Shown: in pieces, positions 35,194 to 47,284 of the stretch
Position numbering within the stretch: position 1 is the stretch's first letter
Layout: each line of letters starts with the position of its first letter
Program-made: the position numbers and the translations under genes
The notes under the pieces: generated by a model
Databases searched by the model: none
What the model saw: the letters and a program-made list of their open reading frames with translations, nothing else
What the model was told of the DNA's origin: nothing
Assembly: GCF_009931435.1 (NCBI RefSeq)
Contig: NZ_CP043414.1
DNA: 64,000 nucleotides
Direction: 5' to 3' (one strand)
Origin: Escherichia coli
GTDB lineage: Bacteria; Pseudomonadota; Gammaproteobacteria; Enterobacterales; Enterobacteriaceae

Positions 35194-36579
35194 TTACTTA
35201 CGACGCCAGGTGGTCCCTTGCGGGCCATCTTCCAGCACGATCCCCATCTCGTTAAGACGGTCACGCGCCGCATCTGCCGCCGCCCAGTCTTTCGCTTTAC
35301 GGGCATCCAGACGCTGTTGAATTAAGGCTTCAATCTCAGCCACTTCGCTGTCGTCTGCCTGCGCGCCGCTTTGCAGGAATGCTTCTGGTTCTTGCTCCAG
35401 CAGGCCCAGCACGGCAGAAAGTTTACGCAGATGAGACGCCATTGCGTTCGCCGCTGCCATATCTTCTGCTTTCAGACGGTTCACTTCACGCGCCATATCA
35501 AACAGCACGGAATAGGCTTCCGGGGTGTTGAAATCGTCGTCCATCGCTTCAATAAAGCGCGCTTCAAACGCTTCGCCACCGGCAGGCGCAACGGTTTTAT
35601 CTGTGCCACGCAGCGCAGTGTAGAGGCGCTCCAGCGCCGCACGCGCCTGCTTCAGGTTCTCTTCGCTGTAGTTCAGCTGGCTGCGATAGTGGCCCGACAT
35701 CAGGAAGTAACGCACGGTTTCCGCGTCGTAGTATTTCAGCACATCACGCACGGTAAAGAAGTTACCCAGCGATTTGGACATCTTCTCTCGGTCAACCATT
35801 ACCATCCCCGAGTGCATCCAGTAGTTCACATACTGACCATCATGGGCACAGGTGGACTGAGCGATTTCGTTTTCGTGGTGTGGGAACATCAGGTCTGAAC
35901 CACCGCCGTGGATATCAAAGTGGTTACCCAACTGCTTGCAGTTCATTGCCGAACATTCAATGTGCCAGCCTGGACGGCCCGCGCCCCACGGAGACGGCCA
36001 GCTCGGTTCGCCCTCTTTCGACATCTTCCACAGAACGAAGTCCATCGGGTTGCGTTTGTCGTCGACCACGTCAACGCGCGCGCCTGCCTGCAGCTGGTCG
36101 AGATCCTGACGCGACAGCACGCCATAGGTCGGATCGGTCGGTACGTCGAACATCACGTCGCCATTGTCCGCCACATAAGCGTGACCTTTGGCGATCAGTT
36201 GTTCAGTGAGTTCAATAATTTCTGCGATATGGTGCGTCGCACGCGGTTCCATATCCGGGCGCAGAATATTCAAAGCATCAAAATCTTTGTGCATTTCGGC
36301 GATCATGCGATCCACCAGCGCTACAAAGCTTTCGCCATTTTCATTGGCGCGTTTGATGATTTTGTCGTCGATATCAGTAATGTTGCGCACATACTTCAGC
36401 TTATAGCCGAGGAAACGCAGATAGCGCGCAACCACGTCAAAGGCAACAAAGGTACGCCCGTGACCGATATGACAGAGATCGTAAACGGTGATTCCACACA
36501 CGTACATGCCGACTTCCCCGGCGTGAATAGGCTTAAATTCCTCTTTTTGGCGTGTCAGAGTATTGAAGATTTTTAGCAT
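35194..36579 (-). CDS. cysS: Cysteinyl-tRNA synthetase
   Basis: 461 aa; HIGH motif ([16 protein letters not shown]), KMSKS. Confidence 0.95.
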
Positions 36580-36752
36580 CGAAGATTCCGTTTAGACATG
36601 TGTGGGTAATTGAGTTGCGTATAATACCCATATTTCCCGCGCGAATCAGCATACATTGCGTGATGATCCGATCGTGCGGTTATGCTATAACACCACCCTA
36701 TATATGACCCGAATCGGGTTGAAGCACCAATCAAACGGAACAGGATGCAAAA

Positions 36753-37247
36753 ATGGTTACTTTCCACACCAATCACGGCGATATTGTCATCAAAACTTTT
36801 GACGATAAAGCACCTGAAACAGTTAAAAACTTCCTGGACTACTGCCGCGAAGGTTTTTACAACAACACCATTTTCCACCGTGTTATCAACGGCTTTATGA
36901 TTCAGGGCGGCGGTTTTGAGCCAGGCATGAAGCAAAAAGCCACCAAAGAACCGATCAAAAACGAAGCCAACAACGGTCTGAAAAACACCCGCGGTACGCT
37001 GGCAATGGCCCGTACTCAGGCACCGCACTCTGCAACTGCACAGTTCTTCATCAACGTGGTTGATAACGACTTCCTGAACTTCTCTGGCGAAAGCCTGCAA
37101 GGTTGGGGTTACTGCGTGTTTGCTGAAGTGGTTGAAGGCATGGACGTGGTAGACAAAATCAAAGGTGTTGCAACCGGTCGTAGCGGTATGCACCAGGACG
37201 TGCCAAAAGAAGACGTTATCATTGAAAGCGTGACCGTTAGCGAGTAA
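36753..37247 (+). CDS. ppiB: Peptidyl-prolyl cis-trans isomerase B
   Basis: 164 aa cyclophilin. Confidence 0.95.
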   Translation: MVTFHTNHGDIVIKTFDDKAPETVKNFLDYCREGFYNNTIFHRVINGFMIQGGGFEPGMKQKATKEPIKNEANNGLKNTRGTLAMARTQAPHSATAQFFINVVDNDFLNFSGESLQGWGYCVFAEVVEGMDVVDKIKGVATGRSGMHQDVPKEDVIIESVTVSE

Positions 37248-37249
37248 TC

Positions 37250-37972
37250 GTGGCGACACTCTTTATTGCAGATCTTCATCTCTGCGCGGAAGAACCGGCG
37301 ATCACCGCCGGTTTTCTGCGTTTTTTAGCGGGGGAAGCCCGCAAGGCCGACGCACTGTATATTCTTGGCGATCTGTTTGAAGCATGGATTGGCGATGACG
37401 ATCCCAACCCACTCCATCGCCAGATGGCCGCAGCGATCAAAGCGGTATCCGATTCCGGCGTTCCCTGCTATTTCATTCATGGCAACCGTGATTTTCTGCT
37501 CGGCAAACGCTTTGCCCGTGAGAGTGGCATGACGTTATTGCCGGAAGAAAAAGTGCTCGAACTTTATGGTCGTCGGGTGTTGATTATGCATGGCGACACG
37601 CTGTGCACCGATGACATCGGTTATCAGGCATTTCGCGCCAAAGTCCACAAGCCGTGGCTGCAAACGCTATTCCTCGCCCTGCCGTTGTTTGTGCGCAAAC
37701 GCATTGCTGCGCGAATGCGAGCGAACAGCAAAGAAGCAAACAGCAGTAAATCGCTGGCGATCATGGACGTTAACCAAAACGCGGTGGTTAGTACGATGGA
37801 AAAACATCAGGTGCAATGGTTGATTCACGGGCATACCCATCGCCCGGCGGTCCATGAACTTATCGCCAATCAGCAACCTGCTTTTCGCGTGGTACTCGGT
37901 GCCTGGCATACAGAAGGGTCGATGGTGAAAGTCACGGCGGATGACGTTGAGCTGATCCATTTTCCATTTTAA
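37250..37972 (+). CDS. lpxH: UDP-2,3-diacylglucosamine hydrolase
   Basis: 240 aa metallophosphoesterase, [11 protein letters not shown]. Confidence 0.95.
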   Translation: MATLFIADLHLCAEEPAITAGFLRFLAGEARKADALYILGDLFEAWIGDDDPNPLHRQMAAAIKAVSDSGVPCYFIHGNRDFLLGKRFARESGMTLLPEEKVLELYGRRVLIMHGDTLCTDDIGYQAFRAKVHKPWLQTLFLALPLFVRKRIAARMRANSKEANSSKSLAIMDVNQNAVVSTMEKHQVQWLIHGHTHRPAVHELIANQQPAFRVVLGAWHTEGSMVKVTADDVELIHFPF

Positions 37973-38088
37973 AAACCCGCAACCTTGCTGATTTCATAGC
38001 CACGCAACCGTTTTCCTTGCTCTCTTTCCGTGCTATTCTCTGTGCCCTCTAAAGCCGAGAGTTGTGCACCACAGGAGTTTTAAGACGC

Positions 38089-38598
38089 ATGTCTTCCCGC
38101 AATAATCCGGCGCGTGTCGCCATCGTGATGGGGTCCAAAAGCGACTGGGCTACCATGCAGTTCGCCGCCGAAATCTTCGAAATCCTGAATGTCCCGCACC
38201 ACGTTGAAGTGGTTTCTGCTCACCGCACCCCCGATAAACTGTTCAGCTTCGCCGAAAGTGCCGAAGAGAACGGTTATCAGGTGATTATTGCGGGCGCAGG
38301 CGGCGCAGCGCACCTGCCGGGCATGATTGCCGCCAAAACGCTGGTGCCAGTGCTGGGTGTGCCAGTACAGAGCGCCGCACTGAGCGGTGTCGATAGCCTC
38401 TACTCCATCGTACAAATGCCGCGCGGCATTCCGGTGGGTACGCTGGCGATTGGTAAAGCTGGCGCGGCAAACGCGGCGTTACTGGCAGCACAAATTCTTG
38501 CGACTCATGATAAAGAACTGCACCAGCGTCTGAATGACTGGCGCAAAGCACAAACTGATGAAGTGCTGGAAAACCCGGACCCGCGAGGTGCGGCATGA
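38089..38598 (+). CDS. purE: N5-carboxyaminoimidazole ribonucleotide mutase
   Basis: 169 aa from [20 protein letters not shown]. Confidence 0.95.
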   Translation: MSSRNNPARVAIVMGSKSDWATMQFAAEIFEILNVPHHVEVVSAHRTPDKLFSFAESAEENGYQVIIAGAGGAAHLPGMIAAKTLVPVLGVPVQSAALSGVDSLYSIVQMPRGIPVGTLAIGKAGAANAALLAAQILATHDKELHQRLNDWRKAQTDEVLENPDPRGAA

Positions 38599-39662
38599 AA
38601 CAGGTTTGCGTCCTCGGTAACGGGCAGTTAGGCCGTATGTTGCGCCAGGCAGGCGAACCGTTAGGCATTGCTGTCTGGCCGGTCGGGCTGGACGCTGAAC
38701 CGGCGGCGGTGCCCTTTCAACAAAGCGTGATTACCGCTGAGATCGAACGCTGGCCGGAAACCGCATTAACGCGCGAGTTGGCACGCCATCCAGCCTTTGT
38801 GAACCGCGATGTGTTCCCAATTATTGCCGACCGTCTGACTCAGAAGCAGCTTTTCGACAAGCTTCACCTGCCGACTGCACCGTGGCAGTTACTTGCCGAT
38901 CGCAGTGAGTGGCCTGCGGTGTTTGATCGTTTAGGTGAACTGGCGATTGTTAAGCGTCGTACTGGTGGCTATGACGGTCGCGGTCAATGGCGTTTACGCG
39001 CCGATGAAACCGCACAGTTACCGACTGAATGCTACGGCGAATGTATTGTCGAGCAGGGCATTAACTTCTCTGGCGAAGTATCGCTGGTTGGCGCGCGCGG
39101 CTTTGATGGCAGCACTGTGTTTTATCCGCTGACGCATAACCTGCATCAGGACGGTATTTTGCGCACCAGCGTCGCTTTCCCGCAGGCCAACGCACAGCAG
39201 CAGGCGCAGGCCGAAGAGATGCTGTCGGCGATTATGCAGGATCTGGGCTATGTGGGCGTGATGGCGATGGAGTGTTTTATCACTCCGCAAGGTCTGCTGA
39301 TCAACGAACTGGCTCCGCGTGTGCATAACAGTGGTCACTGGACACAAAACGGTGCCAGCATCAGCCAGTTTGAGCTGCATCTGCGGGCGATTACCGATCT
39401 GCCGTTACCGCAACCGGTGGTAAATAGCCCGTCAGTGATGATCAACCTGATTGGTAGCGATGTGAACTATGACTGGCTGAAACTGCCGCTGGTGCATCTG
39501 CACTGGTACGACAAAGAAGTGCGTCCGGGCCGTAAGGTGGGGCATCTGAATTTGACCGACAGCGACACATCGCGTCTGACCGCAACGCTGGAAGCCTTAA
39601 TCCCGCTGCTGCCGCCAGAGTATGCCAGCGGCGTGATGTGGGCGCAGAATAAGTTCAGTTAA
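38595..39662 (+). CDS. purK: N5-carboxyaminoimidazole ribonucleotide synthase
   Basis: 355 aa ATP-grasp protein, overlaps purE stop. Confidence 0.95.
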   Translation: MKQVCVLGNGQLGRMLRQAGEPLGIAVWPVGLDAEPAAVPFQQSVITAEIERWPETALTRELARHPAFVNRDVFPIIADRLTQKQLFDKLHLPTAPWQLLADRSEWPAVFDRLGELAIVKRRTGGYDGRGQWRLRADETAQLPTECYGECIVEQGINFSGEVSLVGARGFDGSTVFYPLTHNLHQDGILRTSVAFPQANAQQQAQAEEMLSAIMQDLGYVGVMAMECFITPQGLLINELAPRVHNSGHWTQNGASISQFELHLRAITDLPLPQPVVNSPSVMINLIGSDVNYDWLKLPLVHLHWYDKEVRPGRKVGHLNLTDSDTSRLTATLEALIPLLPPEYASGVMWAQNKFS

Positions 39663-39679
39663 CCTGGTGCTCATATTCT

Positions 39680-39980
39680 TGCCGGATGCAGCGTGAACGC
39701 CTTATCCGGCCTACTAATCCGGTACCCATTGTAGGCCTGATAAGACGCGTCAAGCATCGCATCAGGCATGGTGCGCCGATTACCGGATGCGGCGTGAACG
39801 CCTTATCCGGCCTACTAATCCGGTACCCATTGTAGGCCTGATAAGACGCGTCAAGCGTCGCATCAGGCATGGTGCGCCGATTACCGGATGCGGCGTGAAC
39901 GCCTTATCCTACTACCAATCCGGTACCCATTGTAGGCCTGATAAGACGCGTCAAGCGTCGCATCAGGCATGGTGCGCCAT
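39680..39980. repeat. BIME cluster: three tandem copies of a roughly 100-bp unit made of REP palindromes
   Basis: Repeated gccggatgcggcgtgaacgccttatccggcctac and tgtaggcctgataagacgcgtcaagcgtcgcatcaggc units between purK and ybcF. Confidence 0.9.
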
Positions 39981-39996
39981 ATGCTGGATGCTCCCA

Positions 39997-40893
39997 TCAC
40001 GACAGCGAAATACAGGTCCCCGCTTCGCCCGCCAGCGTCTCTTCAATCCGCGATAACGCCCCAATCCACGCAGGTTTACCACGGCTTCTGACATAGCCAC
40101 TCACCGCCGTTACCTTCGGTCCCATCGCCCCATCGGCTTTGGCAAATGGCGCTAACTCATCCGGTGTGGCATGGCGAATGGCGCGTTGCTGCGGCGTTCC
40201 CCAGTTTTCATAAACCGCGTCAGCATCGGTGAGGATCACCAGTCCATCGGCATTAATCTGCTCGGCAAGCAACGCCGCGGCGAGATCTTTATCAATCACC
40301 GCTTCACTCCCTGCTCCGTTATCCATCACCGGAACACCGCCGCCGCCACTGCAAATCACCACATGCCCCTCTTTGAGCAACAACTCGATGGCTTCGCTGT
40401 CGAGAATTTTACGAGGCTGGGGAGATGCCACCACCCGGCGTAAATATTTGCCATCACGCTTCATTTTCCAGCCGTAAGCCGTTTCCAGTGCCTCTTGTTC
40501 TTCTGGCTGATAAACCGGGCCGATAAACTTCTCTGGCTGCAAAAACGCCGGATCATCAGACGAAACCTCAATGCGCGTCAGCACCGTCGTGACAGGCGGC
40601 ATCTGCGGCTGTGCGCTCAAGCTCTGCGCCAGCATATAGCCAATCATCCCCTGGCTTTCCGCCACCAGCACATCCAGTGGATACGGTTCGACCTCTTTCC
40701 ACGCCAGATTCTGTAACGCCAACAATCCCACCTGCGGCCCGTTGCCGTGAACAATCGCCAGCCGATAAGTACGCGCCAGGCGCGCCAGCGCGGGAACAGC
40801 ACTGGCAATGTTGCGATATTGATTTTCTGCCGTCAGCGCCTCACCGCGCTGGAGTAAGGCATTGCCCCCAAGAGCTACAACCAGTGTTTTCAT
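39997..40893 (-). CDS. ybcF: Carbamate kinase-like protein
   Basis: 298 aa, carbamate kinase family. Confidence 0.85.
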   Translation of the reverse strand: MKTLVVALGGNALLQRGEALTAENQYRNIASAVPALARLARTYRLAIVHGNGPQVGLLALQNLAWKEVEPYPLDVLVAESQGMIGYMLAQSLSAQPQMPPVTTVLTRIEVSSDDPAFLQPEKFIGPVYQPEEQEALETAYGWKMKRDGKYLRRVVASPQPRKILDSEAIELLLKEGHVVICSGGGGVPVMDNGAGSEAVIDKDLAAALLAEQINADGLVILTDADAVYENWGTPQQRAIRHATPDELAPFAKADGAMGPKVTAVSGYVRSRGKPAWIGALSRIEETLAGEAGTCISLS

Positions 40894-41705
40894 GGTGTTC
40901 CTTGTAATAATTGTTGACCAAGCCAGAACCCCAGCAGCGTATCAGCCCCTGACGTATGCCCCAGCGCCAGCAGCGAATCAATCGCCACAGCGGTACGTTT
41001 CGGGCAACTCAGAGCATGAACAAAGTGCAGGAGTGGCGAGGCGAAATATCCTTGCGCGGCATAACGTAAATAATTAACGCTCACCGCTGTGGTAACGAGT
41101 TGAAGATTGTCGGAACAGGCAAAAAACGGGCGACCGGAGCGCGCATCTAAAGCGCCATAATACCAGGCTGCCAGCAGCATTCCCGTTAGCGTGTCATCAT
41201 GACTCGGCGTTAATCCCGGCCCTTTACCCAGCCAGTGCCGCCAGTCGGTCTTAACGCCATTGAGCGCGGCCTGAAAACAGTGACGAAACTGGCGTAATTC
41301 AGCGGGAAGCGGATCGCCTGCCGCCAACGCCAGCGGCCCGAAAAGCCCGGTTTCCTCCGCGCGTTGCATCCATGCCGCTGCAAGCGGTTGGGGATGCGCA
41401 GGCGGCGTAATACGCAGCAAACAATAACGCTGTGGCTGTTTAACCGTGAAACGCCCGAGGCGAATCCCTTGAGCCACAACCTGTGGTCGTTCATTGCCGC
41501 ATAATCCACCGCATAACGCATCGAATTGTGCGCGGCGAAGCACCCATCCTCCGGGACCGAAACCACTACCCTGACGATGCAGCGTTAACAATTCACCGCT
41601 TTCCGTCATCAGGTTAATCGCCCGCCGCCACACGCCCGCTAACCGCCAGGGCTGGCGATAATTCGGTGAACTACGGCTGGCAAGCAGAGGATGGATGATC
41701 GTCAT
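40890..41705 (-). CDS. ylbF: Putative allantoin-catabolism protein YlbF
   Basis: 271 aa from [16 protein letters not shown]. Confidence 0.75.
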   Translation of the reverse strand: MTIIHPLLASRSSPNYRQPWRLAGVWRRAINLMTESGELLTLHRQGSGFGPGGWVLRRAQFDALCGGLCGNERPQVVAQGIRLGRFTVKQPQRYCLLRITPPAHPQPLAAAWMQRAEETGLFGPLALAAGDPLPAELRQFRHCFQAALNGVKTDWRHWLGKGPGLTPSHDDTLTGMLLAAWYYGALDARSGRPFFACSDNLQLVTTAVSVNYLRYAAQGYFASPLLHFVHALSCPKRTAVAIDSLLALGHTSGADTLLGFWLGQQLLQGTP

Positions 41706-41715
41706 TGCGCGTTCC

Positions 41716-42975
41716 TCAACCAATACCCATGCTTTCAGCCAGTGCTTCCAGCGCCTGTTCAAAGCACGCCAGCGGTGCCCGCACAGTGCCTGCACCAATC
41801 TGCCCGATCCCCGCTTCTTTATGGGCGATACCGGTATTGATGAGCGGCGTAATGCCGGTTTCTACCACGCGACGAATATCCAGCCCCAGACACGCGCCCT
41901 GGAAATCCCAGCCAGGGATCTGCAACTGCATATTGCGCTCAAGGAAGATTTCTGCCATCTCTTCAGATACTGCTCTGGCTGCTTCCATACCACCCGCACC
42001 GACAAAGCGTGTTACGCCAGGGGCGGCGATCATTGCCGCACCACCGATACCAAAGGTTTCGGTAATCGCGCTATCGCCCATATCCGGGTTCGCCTGCTCC
42101 TGCGAGAAGCCGGTGAAAAATAGACCTTGGGGAGTGTTTACAGGCGCAGTAAACCAGCGTTCGCCCAGCCCGCTGACCCGAATCCCGAACATATTGCCGT
42201 TGCGGGTCATAGCCGTGACGATGCTGCCTGCGCGGATCATCGCACCAGCATCCATCGCCGCCTTGCAGTAAGCCATCGCGAGGTTAAGGAAGAACTGATC
42301 GGTCACGCTGAGGAAATCCATCACTTCCGCGATGTGTTGTTTATCATGATCGAGGCGAGCAATTTGTGGGGCCAGCGCACGCATTAACAGTGCTGAGGAA
42401 GCAATATTGCGCTGATGGAACTCATCGCCCATGGTAATGCCCTGCGCCATCATCGCGGTGAGATCGATACCGCGCTCCATGCGCCCCAGCGCCGCGCTTA
42501 ATACTGGCATTAACACATCGCGCATCCAGCGATGGCGAGTCAGGACATCTTCGCCGTAAGCGCCAAAACGCATCACTTTGCCGATACCTTCGTTGAGGTT
42601 GCAGTACGCCCGATTGCCGTCGGTCACGTTCTCGACCACCAGCATCGGCATACTGGCAGAAGTAATGCCGCCCATTGGCCCGACAGCATTCACATGGTGA
42701 CAAGGAATGAAGTTCACTTCCCCCTGCTCCAGCATTGCCAGTGCCTGCGCTTCATCTTTCGCCCAGCCTTCAAACAGACATGCGCCCACACATGCCCCTT
42801 TCATGGGTCCGGTCATCTCCTGCCAGCGCATCGGCGGCCCGGCGTGAAGCAGTGTTTTACCCTGATTTAATTCATTAATGAGTGAAGAAGCCGGTTGCAC
42901 ATCCAGCCAGTGTGGACGAGCGCGACGAATTTGTTCGATAACCGCAGCATTGGCTTGCGCCACTGATGTAAACAT
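41716..42975 (-). CDS. ylbE: DUF1116-family protein YlbE (intact)
   Basis: 419 aa uninterrupted ORF. Confidence 0.8.
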   Translation of the reverse strand: MFTSVAQANAAVIEQIRRARPHWLDVQPASSLINELNQGKTLLHAGPPMRWQEMTGPMKGACVGACLFEGWAKDEAQALAMLEQGEVNFIPCHHVNAVGPMGGITSASMPMLVVENVTDGNRAYCNLNEGIGKVMRFGAYGEDVLTRHRWMRDVLMPVLSAALGRMERGIDLTAMMAQGITMGDEFHQRNIASSALLMRALAPQIARLDHDKQHIAEVMDFLSVTDQFFLNLAMAYCKAAMDAGAMIRAGSIVTAMTRNGNMFGIRVSGLGERWFTAPVNTPQGLFFTGFSQEQANPDMGDSAITETFGIGGAAMIAAPGVTRFVGAGGMEAARAVSEEMAEIFLERNMQLQIPGWDFQGACLGLDIRRVVETGITPLINTGIAHKEAGIGQIGAGTVRAPLACFEQALEALAESMGIG

Positions 42976-42984
42976 GGGAACCCC

Positions 42985-44651
42985 TTATTGCAAACGTTCT
43001 AATAAACGAGCCAGTTTTTTATTGCCGCCAGCGACTGGCGACCATTGGTAATGCACAACCGGTTTGTTGGCGCTTTGTAGCTCCAGCGCAAAGCTGCGTA
43101 ATCCGATGTTAATCACGGCGACGTTTTCCAGTAATGACGGTGTATGTTGCTGTGCGGCAGGCGAGAGCGGATGAATTAACGCCGCCGCCAGCAAGGTGGC
43201 TTCCGGTAGCGAACTCACTACCGCGATCCCCGCATCTTCCAGCGTGGCGATTTGCTGCGAGCGGCATTGCGGTCACGTTCAGTGCCTGTCACCGTGGCAA
43301 TGGCATACAGTGGTTGATTGTCTGGACGCGCGGCACAGGCTTTTTGCCAGGCGCTTACCAGCGGGGCAGCAGGATCGGTGGTCGCACCGAAGCCAATCAC
43401 CACATCAAGCAGCAATACGCGCACTTGCGGTTTAGCGCCGAGATCGGCAATTAACTGGTTGCGTAAGGTTGGGTCAATCATCGGATGGGGACGCCCGACG
43501 GTGTAGAAATCATCGCCGAGGTCAATAATCTGGTGACCATCGGCGTCGAGCATCATGCCGTGATGATGGGTATCGTCGGCTACCACGCCAAGATGCGCGG
43601 CAAGTAATCCCGCCGCTTCGGCGGCTAACGTACCGCCGGTATACAAGCCGCAAATAAATCCGCTGCTGGCAGGCGCTATCGCGTTACGTCGCGCCGTAAC
43701 GCGTGAAAGCAGGCAAGCCAGGCGCGCAGCCTCATCCAGCGAGGAGGCAAACCAGACATTCTCGTCGCGGGCCACCGCCGGGATATAACCTAAAAACAGC
43801 GCCACCGTCGGTTTGCCGGTTGCTTTCATGGCATTAACAATTTTCAGACGCACAGCTTCGGCAGGCGGTTTTGAAACAAACGCCAGCACTTCGCTTTTCT
43901 CGTCTACACTGAGCATTTCCAGCGCCGTTAGCGCACTGATGCCGCCCACTTCACGGCTGAGATCGCGCCCGCCAAGACCAATCGCGTGAGTAATTCCCTC
44001 ACCTGCCAGCGCAATCTGTGAGCACAGCTCCTGAATCCCGGTACCGGAAGCGCCAATGACGCCAATGTTGCCTTCCGGCATCACGTTAGCAAAAGCCAGC
44101 GGCGTGGCGGCAATCATCGATGTACCGCAGTCCGGCCCCATCACCAGCAAACCTTTTTCCCGCGCGCGGGTTTTAAGTTGGATTTCATCTTCCAGCGTGA
44201 CGTTATCGGAGAACATCATCACGTTGAGGTTGCGATCCAGCGCCTGGTTCGCCAGTTCCGCCGCATACTCGCCAGCCACTGAAATCAGCGCCAGATTGGC
44301 ATTGGGTAATTTCTGACTGGCACTGTCCCAGCGACGTACCTGCGTCAACGCCTGGCTGCTGCCCGTTCCCTGCGCCAGTTGCTTTAGCGCCTCTTCAAGC
44401 TGCTGCATAATCGCCTGCGCGATCCCCGCATCCGCAGCTTCGCTACGAATTGCCACGCAAATATCGTTCGGCGTGGCGTGATTAAAATCGTCATGCCAGA
44501 AACCTGTAGTCTCTAGTAACGCTTTATTGGCGGGCGTACCCATCATTACGGAAACATCATCAACATTTTCTGATTCGCTGAGTTTTCGTGAAATAATCAT
44601 TAAACTGACTGAATCCTGAAAACACCCTTTTTTAATAAAGGCGTGGATCAT
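42985..44651 (-). pseudogene. fdrA: fdrA (acyl-CoA synthetase-like protein) split by a -1 frameshift near 43271
   Basis: ORFs 43218-44651 and 42985-43218 are consecutive frames; adding one G in the GG run at 43271-43272 restores a 555-aa protein. Confidence 0.75.
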
Positions 44652-44967
44652 AACAACTCCTTAAAAATTGCACCCATGGCAATTGCACGAGCAGTGTTAA
44701 TGTGGCGATTACGGTATCGATGACAACGAGTAAATAAGGTGATGAATATCACACAGACATTATTAACAAAAGAATTCAAATAACCGCCAGACTATTACAC
44801 GTTATTTTTTAATAAGCATAGTTGTTTTAAAAACCAGGTTAAAAGCGAGCGGATTATCAAATAAATTCTAACTATATTTTTTTGCCTGTCTGGATCACAT
44901 AATCCAGATATTTTCCCTGTATGTTAATTGCAGTCATGCTTCACACCATCGTTAAAAAGGAAGACAG

Positions 44968-46017
44968 ATGAAAATCAGTCGGGAAACACTCCACCAGTTA
45001 ATTGAGAATAAACTCTGTCAGGCTGGGTTAAAACGTGAGCACGCTGCAACCGTGGCTGAAGTATTGGTTTACGCCGATGCCAGAGGGATCCACTCTCATG
45101 GCGCGGTGCGCGTTGAATACTACGCAGAGCGCATATCAAAAGGCGGCACCAACCGCGAACCAGAGTTTCGTCTTGAAGAAACCGGACCGTGCTCGGCAAT
45201 TTTACATGCCGACAATGCCGCCGGACAGGTCGCGGCAAAAATGGGTATGGAACATGCCATTAAAACAGCACAACAACATGGCGTGGCGGTGGTTGGCATC
45301 AGCCGAATGGGTCACAGCGGCGCAATCTCTTATTTTGTGCAGCAGGCAGCCCGCGCCGGATTGATTGGCATTTCGATGTGCCAGTCCGATCCAATGGTGG
45401 TGCCGTTTGGCGGCGCGGAAATTTACTACGGCACTAACCCACTGGCCTTTGCCGCGCCGGGAGAAGGCGACGAGATTCTTACTTTTGATATGGCGACTAC
45501 CGTACAGGCATGGGGAAAAGTGCTCGACGCCCGCTCGCGCAATATGTCTATCCCGGATACCTGGGCGGTCGATAAAAACGGTGCACCAACAACCGATCCC
45601 TTCGCGGTTAACGCCCTGCTCCCGGCTGCCGGACCGAAAGGTTATGGCCTGATGATGATGATTGACGTCCTCTCAGGCGTCTTACTCGGCTTACCGTTCG
45701 GGCGTCAGGTCAGTTCGATGTATGACGATTTACACGCCGGACGTAATTTGGGGCAATTACATGTAGTTATTAATCCGAACTTTTTCTCCTCCAGCGAATT
45801 ATTCCGTCAACATCTTAGCCAGACCATGCGCGAATTAAATGCCATTACCCCCGCGCCCGGTTTTAACCAGGTTTATTATCCCGGACAGGATCAGGATATT
45901 AAACAACACAAAACCGCCGTCGAAGGCATCGAAATTGTTGATGATATTTACCAGTATTTAATTTCCGACGCGCTTTATAACACGTCATACGAAACGAAAA
46001 ATCCCTTTGCGCAATAA
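44968..46017 (+). CDS. allD: Ureidoglycolate dehydrogenase
   Basis: 349 aa, Ldh_2 family. Confidence 0.9.
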   Translation: MKISRETLHQLIENKLCQAGLKREHAATVAEVLVYADARGIHSHGAVRVEYYAERISKGGTNREPEFRLEETGPCSAILHADNAAGQVAAKMGMEHAIKTAQQHGVAVVGISRMGHSGAISYFVQQAARAGLIGISMCQSDPMVVPFGGAEIYYGTNPLAFAAPGEGDEILTFDMATTVQAWGKVLDARSRNMSIPDTWAVDKNGAPTTDPFAVNALLPAAGPKGYGLMMMIDVLSGVLLGLPFGRQVSSMYDDLHAGRNLGQLHVVINPNFFSSSELFRQHLSQTMRELNAITPAPGFNQVYYPGQDQDIKQHKTAVEGIEIVDDIYQYLISDALYNTSYETKNPFAQ

Positions 46018-46038
46018 TTGTTGAGACAGGACTTTCTT

Positions 46039-47274
46039 ATGATTACACATTTCCGTCAAGCTATAGAAGAAACGCTGCCCTGGCTTTCCTCTTTTGGCGC
46101 TGACCCAGCGGGTGGGATGACCCGTTTACTTTATTCGCCGGAGTGGCTGGAAACCCAGCAGCAATTTAAAAAAAGAATGGCAGCAAGTGGGCTGGAAACA
46201 CGTTTCGATGAAGTGGGGAATTTATACGGCCGCCTGAACGGCAGCGAATACCCTCAGGAAGTGATTCTGAGCGGTTCGCATATTGATACCGTGGTTAACG
46301 GCGGTAACCTCGACGGACAATTCGGCGCACTGGCGGCGTGGCTGGCGATTGACTGGCTGAAAACGCAATACGGCGCGCCGCTGCGAACGGTCGAAGTGGT
46401 GGCAATGGCGGAAGAAGAAGGCAGCCGCTTCCCGTATGTCTTCTGGGGCAGTAAAAATATCTTTGGGCTGGCGAATCCTGACGACGTGCGGAATATCTGT
46501 GATGCCAAAGGAAATAGTTTTGTCGATGCAATGAAGGCTTGCGGATTTACTCTGCCGAACGCCCCACTAACTCCGCGCCTGGACATCAAAGCCTTTGTCG
46601 AACTGCATATCGAACAGGGTTGTGTGCTGGAAAGTAATGGTCAGTCAATTGGCGTGGTGAATGCGATTGTCGGGCAACGTCGCTACACGGTGACGCTGAA
46701 CGGCGAATCAAACCATGCAGGCACCACGCCGATGGGTTATCGTCGTGATACGGTTTACGCTTTCAGTCGCATTTGCCATCAGTCAGTTGAGAAAGCGAAA
46801 AAGATGGGCGATCCGCTGGTGCTGACCTTTGGCAAGGTGGAGCCGCGCCCGAATACGGTGAATGTAGTGCCGGGTAAAACCACGTTCACTATTGATTGTC
46901 GTCATACCGACACTGCCGTGTTGCGCGATTTTACCCAACAGTTAGAAAACGACATGCGGGCGATTTGCGATGAAATGGACATTGGTATTGATATCGATTT
47001 ATGGATGGACGAAGAACCCGTGCCGATGAACAAGGAGCTTGTCGTCACCCTGACAGAATTGTGTGAAAGCGAAAAACTGAATTACCGGGTAATGCACAGT
47101 GGTGCCGGGCACGACGCACAAATTTTCGCGCCTCGCGTGCCGACCTGCATGATTTTCATTCCCAGCATCAACGGGATCAGCCATAACCCGGCGGAACGCA
47201 CTAATATTAACGACCTTGCCGAAGGGGTCAAAACGTTGGCACTCATGCTTTATCAACTTGCCTGGCAGAAATAA
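46039..47274 (+). CDS. allC: Allantoate amidohydrolase
   Basis: 411 aa M20 peptidase family, from MITHFRQAIEETL. Confidence 0.9.
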   Translation: MITHFRQAIEETLPWLSSFGADPAGGMTRLLYSPEWLETQQQFKKRMAASGLETRFDEVGNLYGRLNGSEYPQEVILSGSHIDTVVNGGNLDGQFGALAAWLAIDWLKTQYGAPLRTVEVVAMAEEEGSRFPYVFWGSKNIFGLANPDDVRNICDAKGNSFVDAMKACGFTLPNAPLTPRLDIKAFVELHIEQGCVLESNGQSIGVVNAIVGQRRYTVTLNGESNHAGTTPMGYRRDTVYAFSRICHQSVEKAKKMGDPLVLTFGKVEPRPNTVNVVPGKTTFTIDCRHTDTAVLRDFTQQLENDMRAICDEMDIGIDIDLWMDEEPVPMNKELVVTLTELCESEKLNYRVMHSGAGHDAQIFAPRVPTCMIFIPSINGISHNPAERTNINDLAEGVKTLALMLYQLAWQK

Positions 47275-47284
47275 GGAGTCATAA

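Noticed and set aside
35371-36576. Plus-strand ORFs of 175, 109 and 222 aa inside cysS
   Set aside because: Shadow ORFs opposite a highly conserved aminoacyl-tRNA synthetase gene
39680-39980. Tandem repeats considered as a possible CRISPR array
   Set aside because: Units are about 100 bp, near-identical throughout with no unique spacers, match the REP/BIME consensus, and no cas genes are nearby
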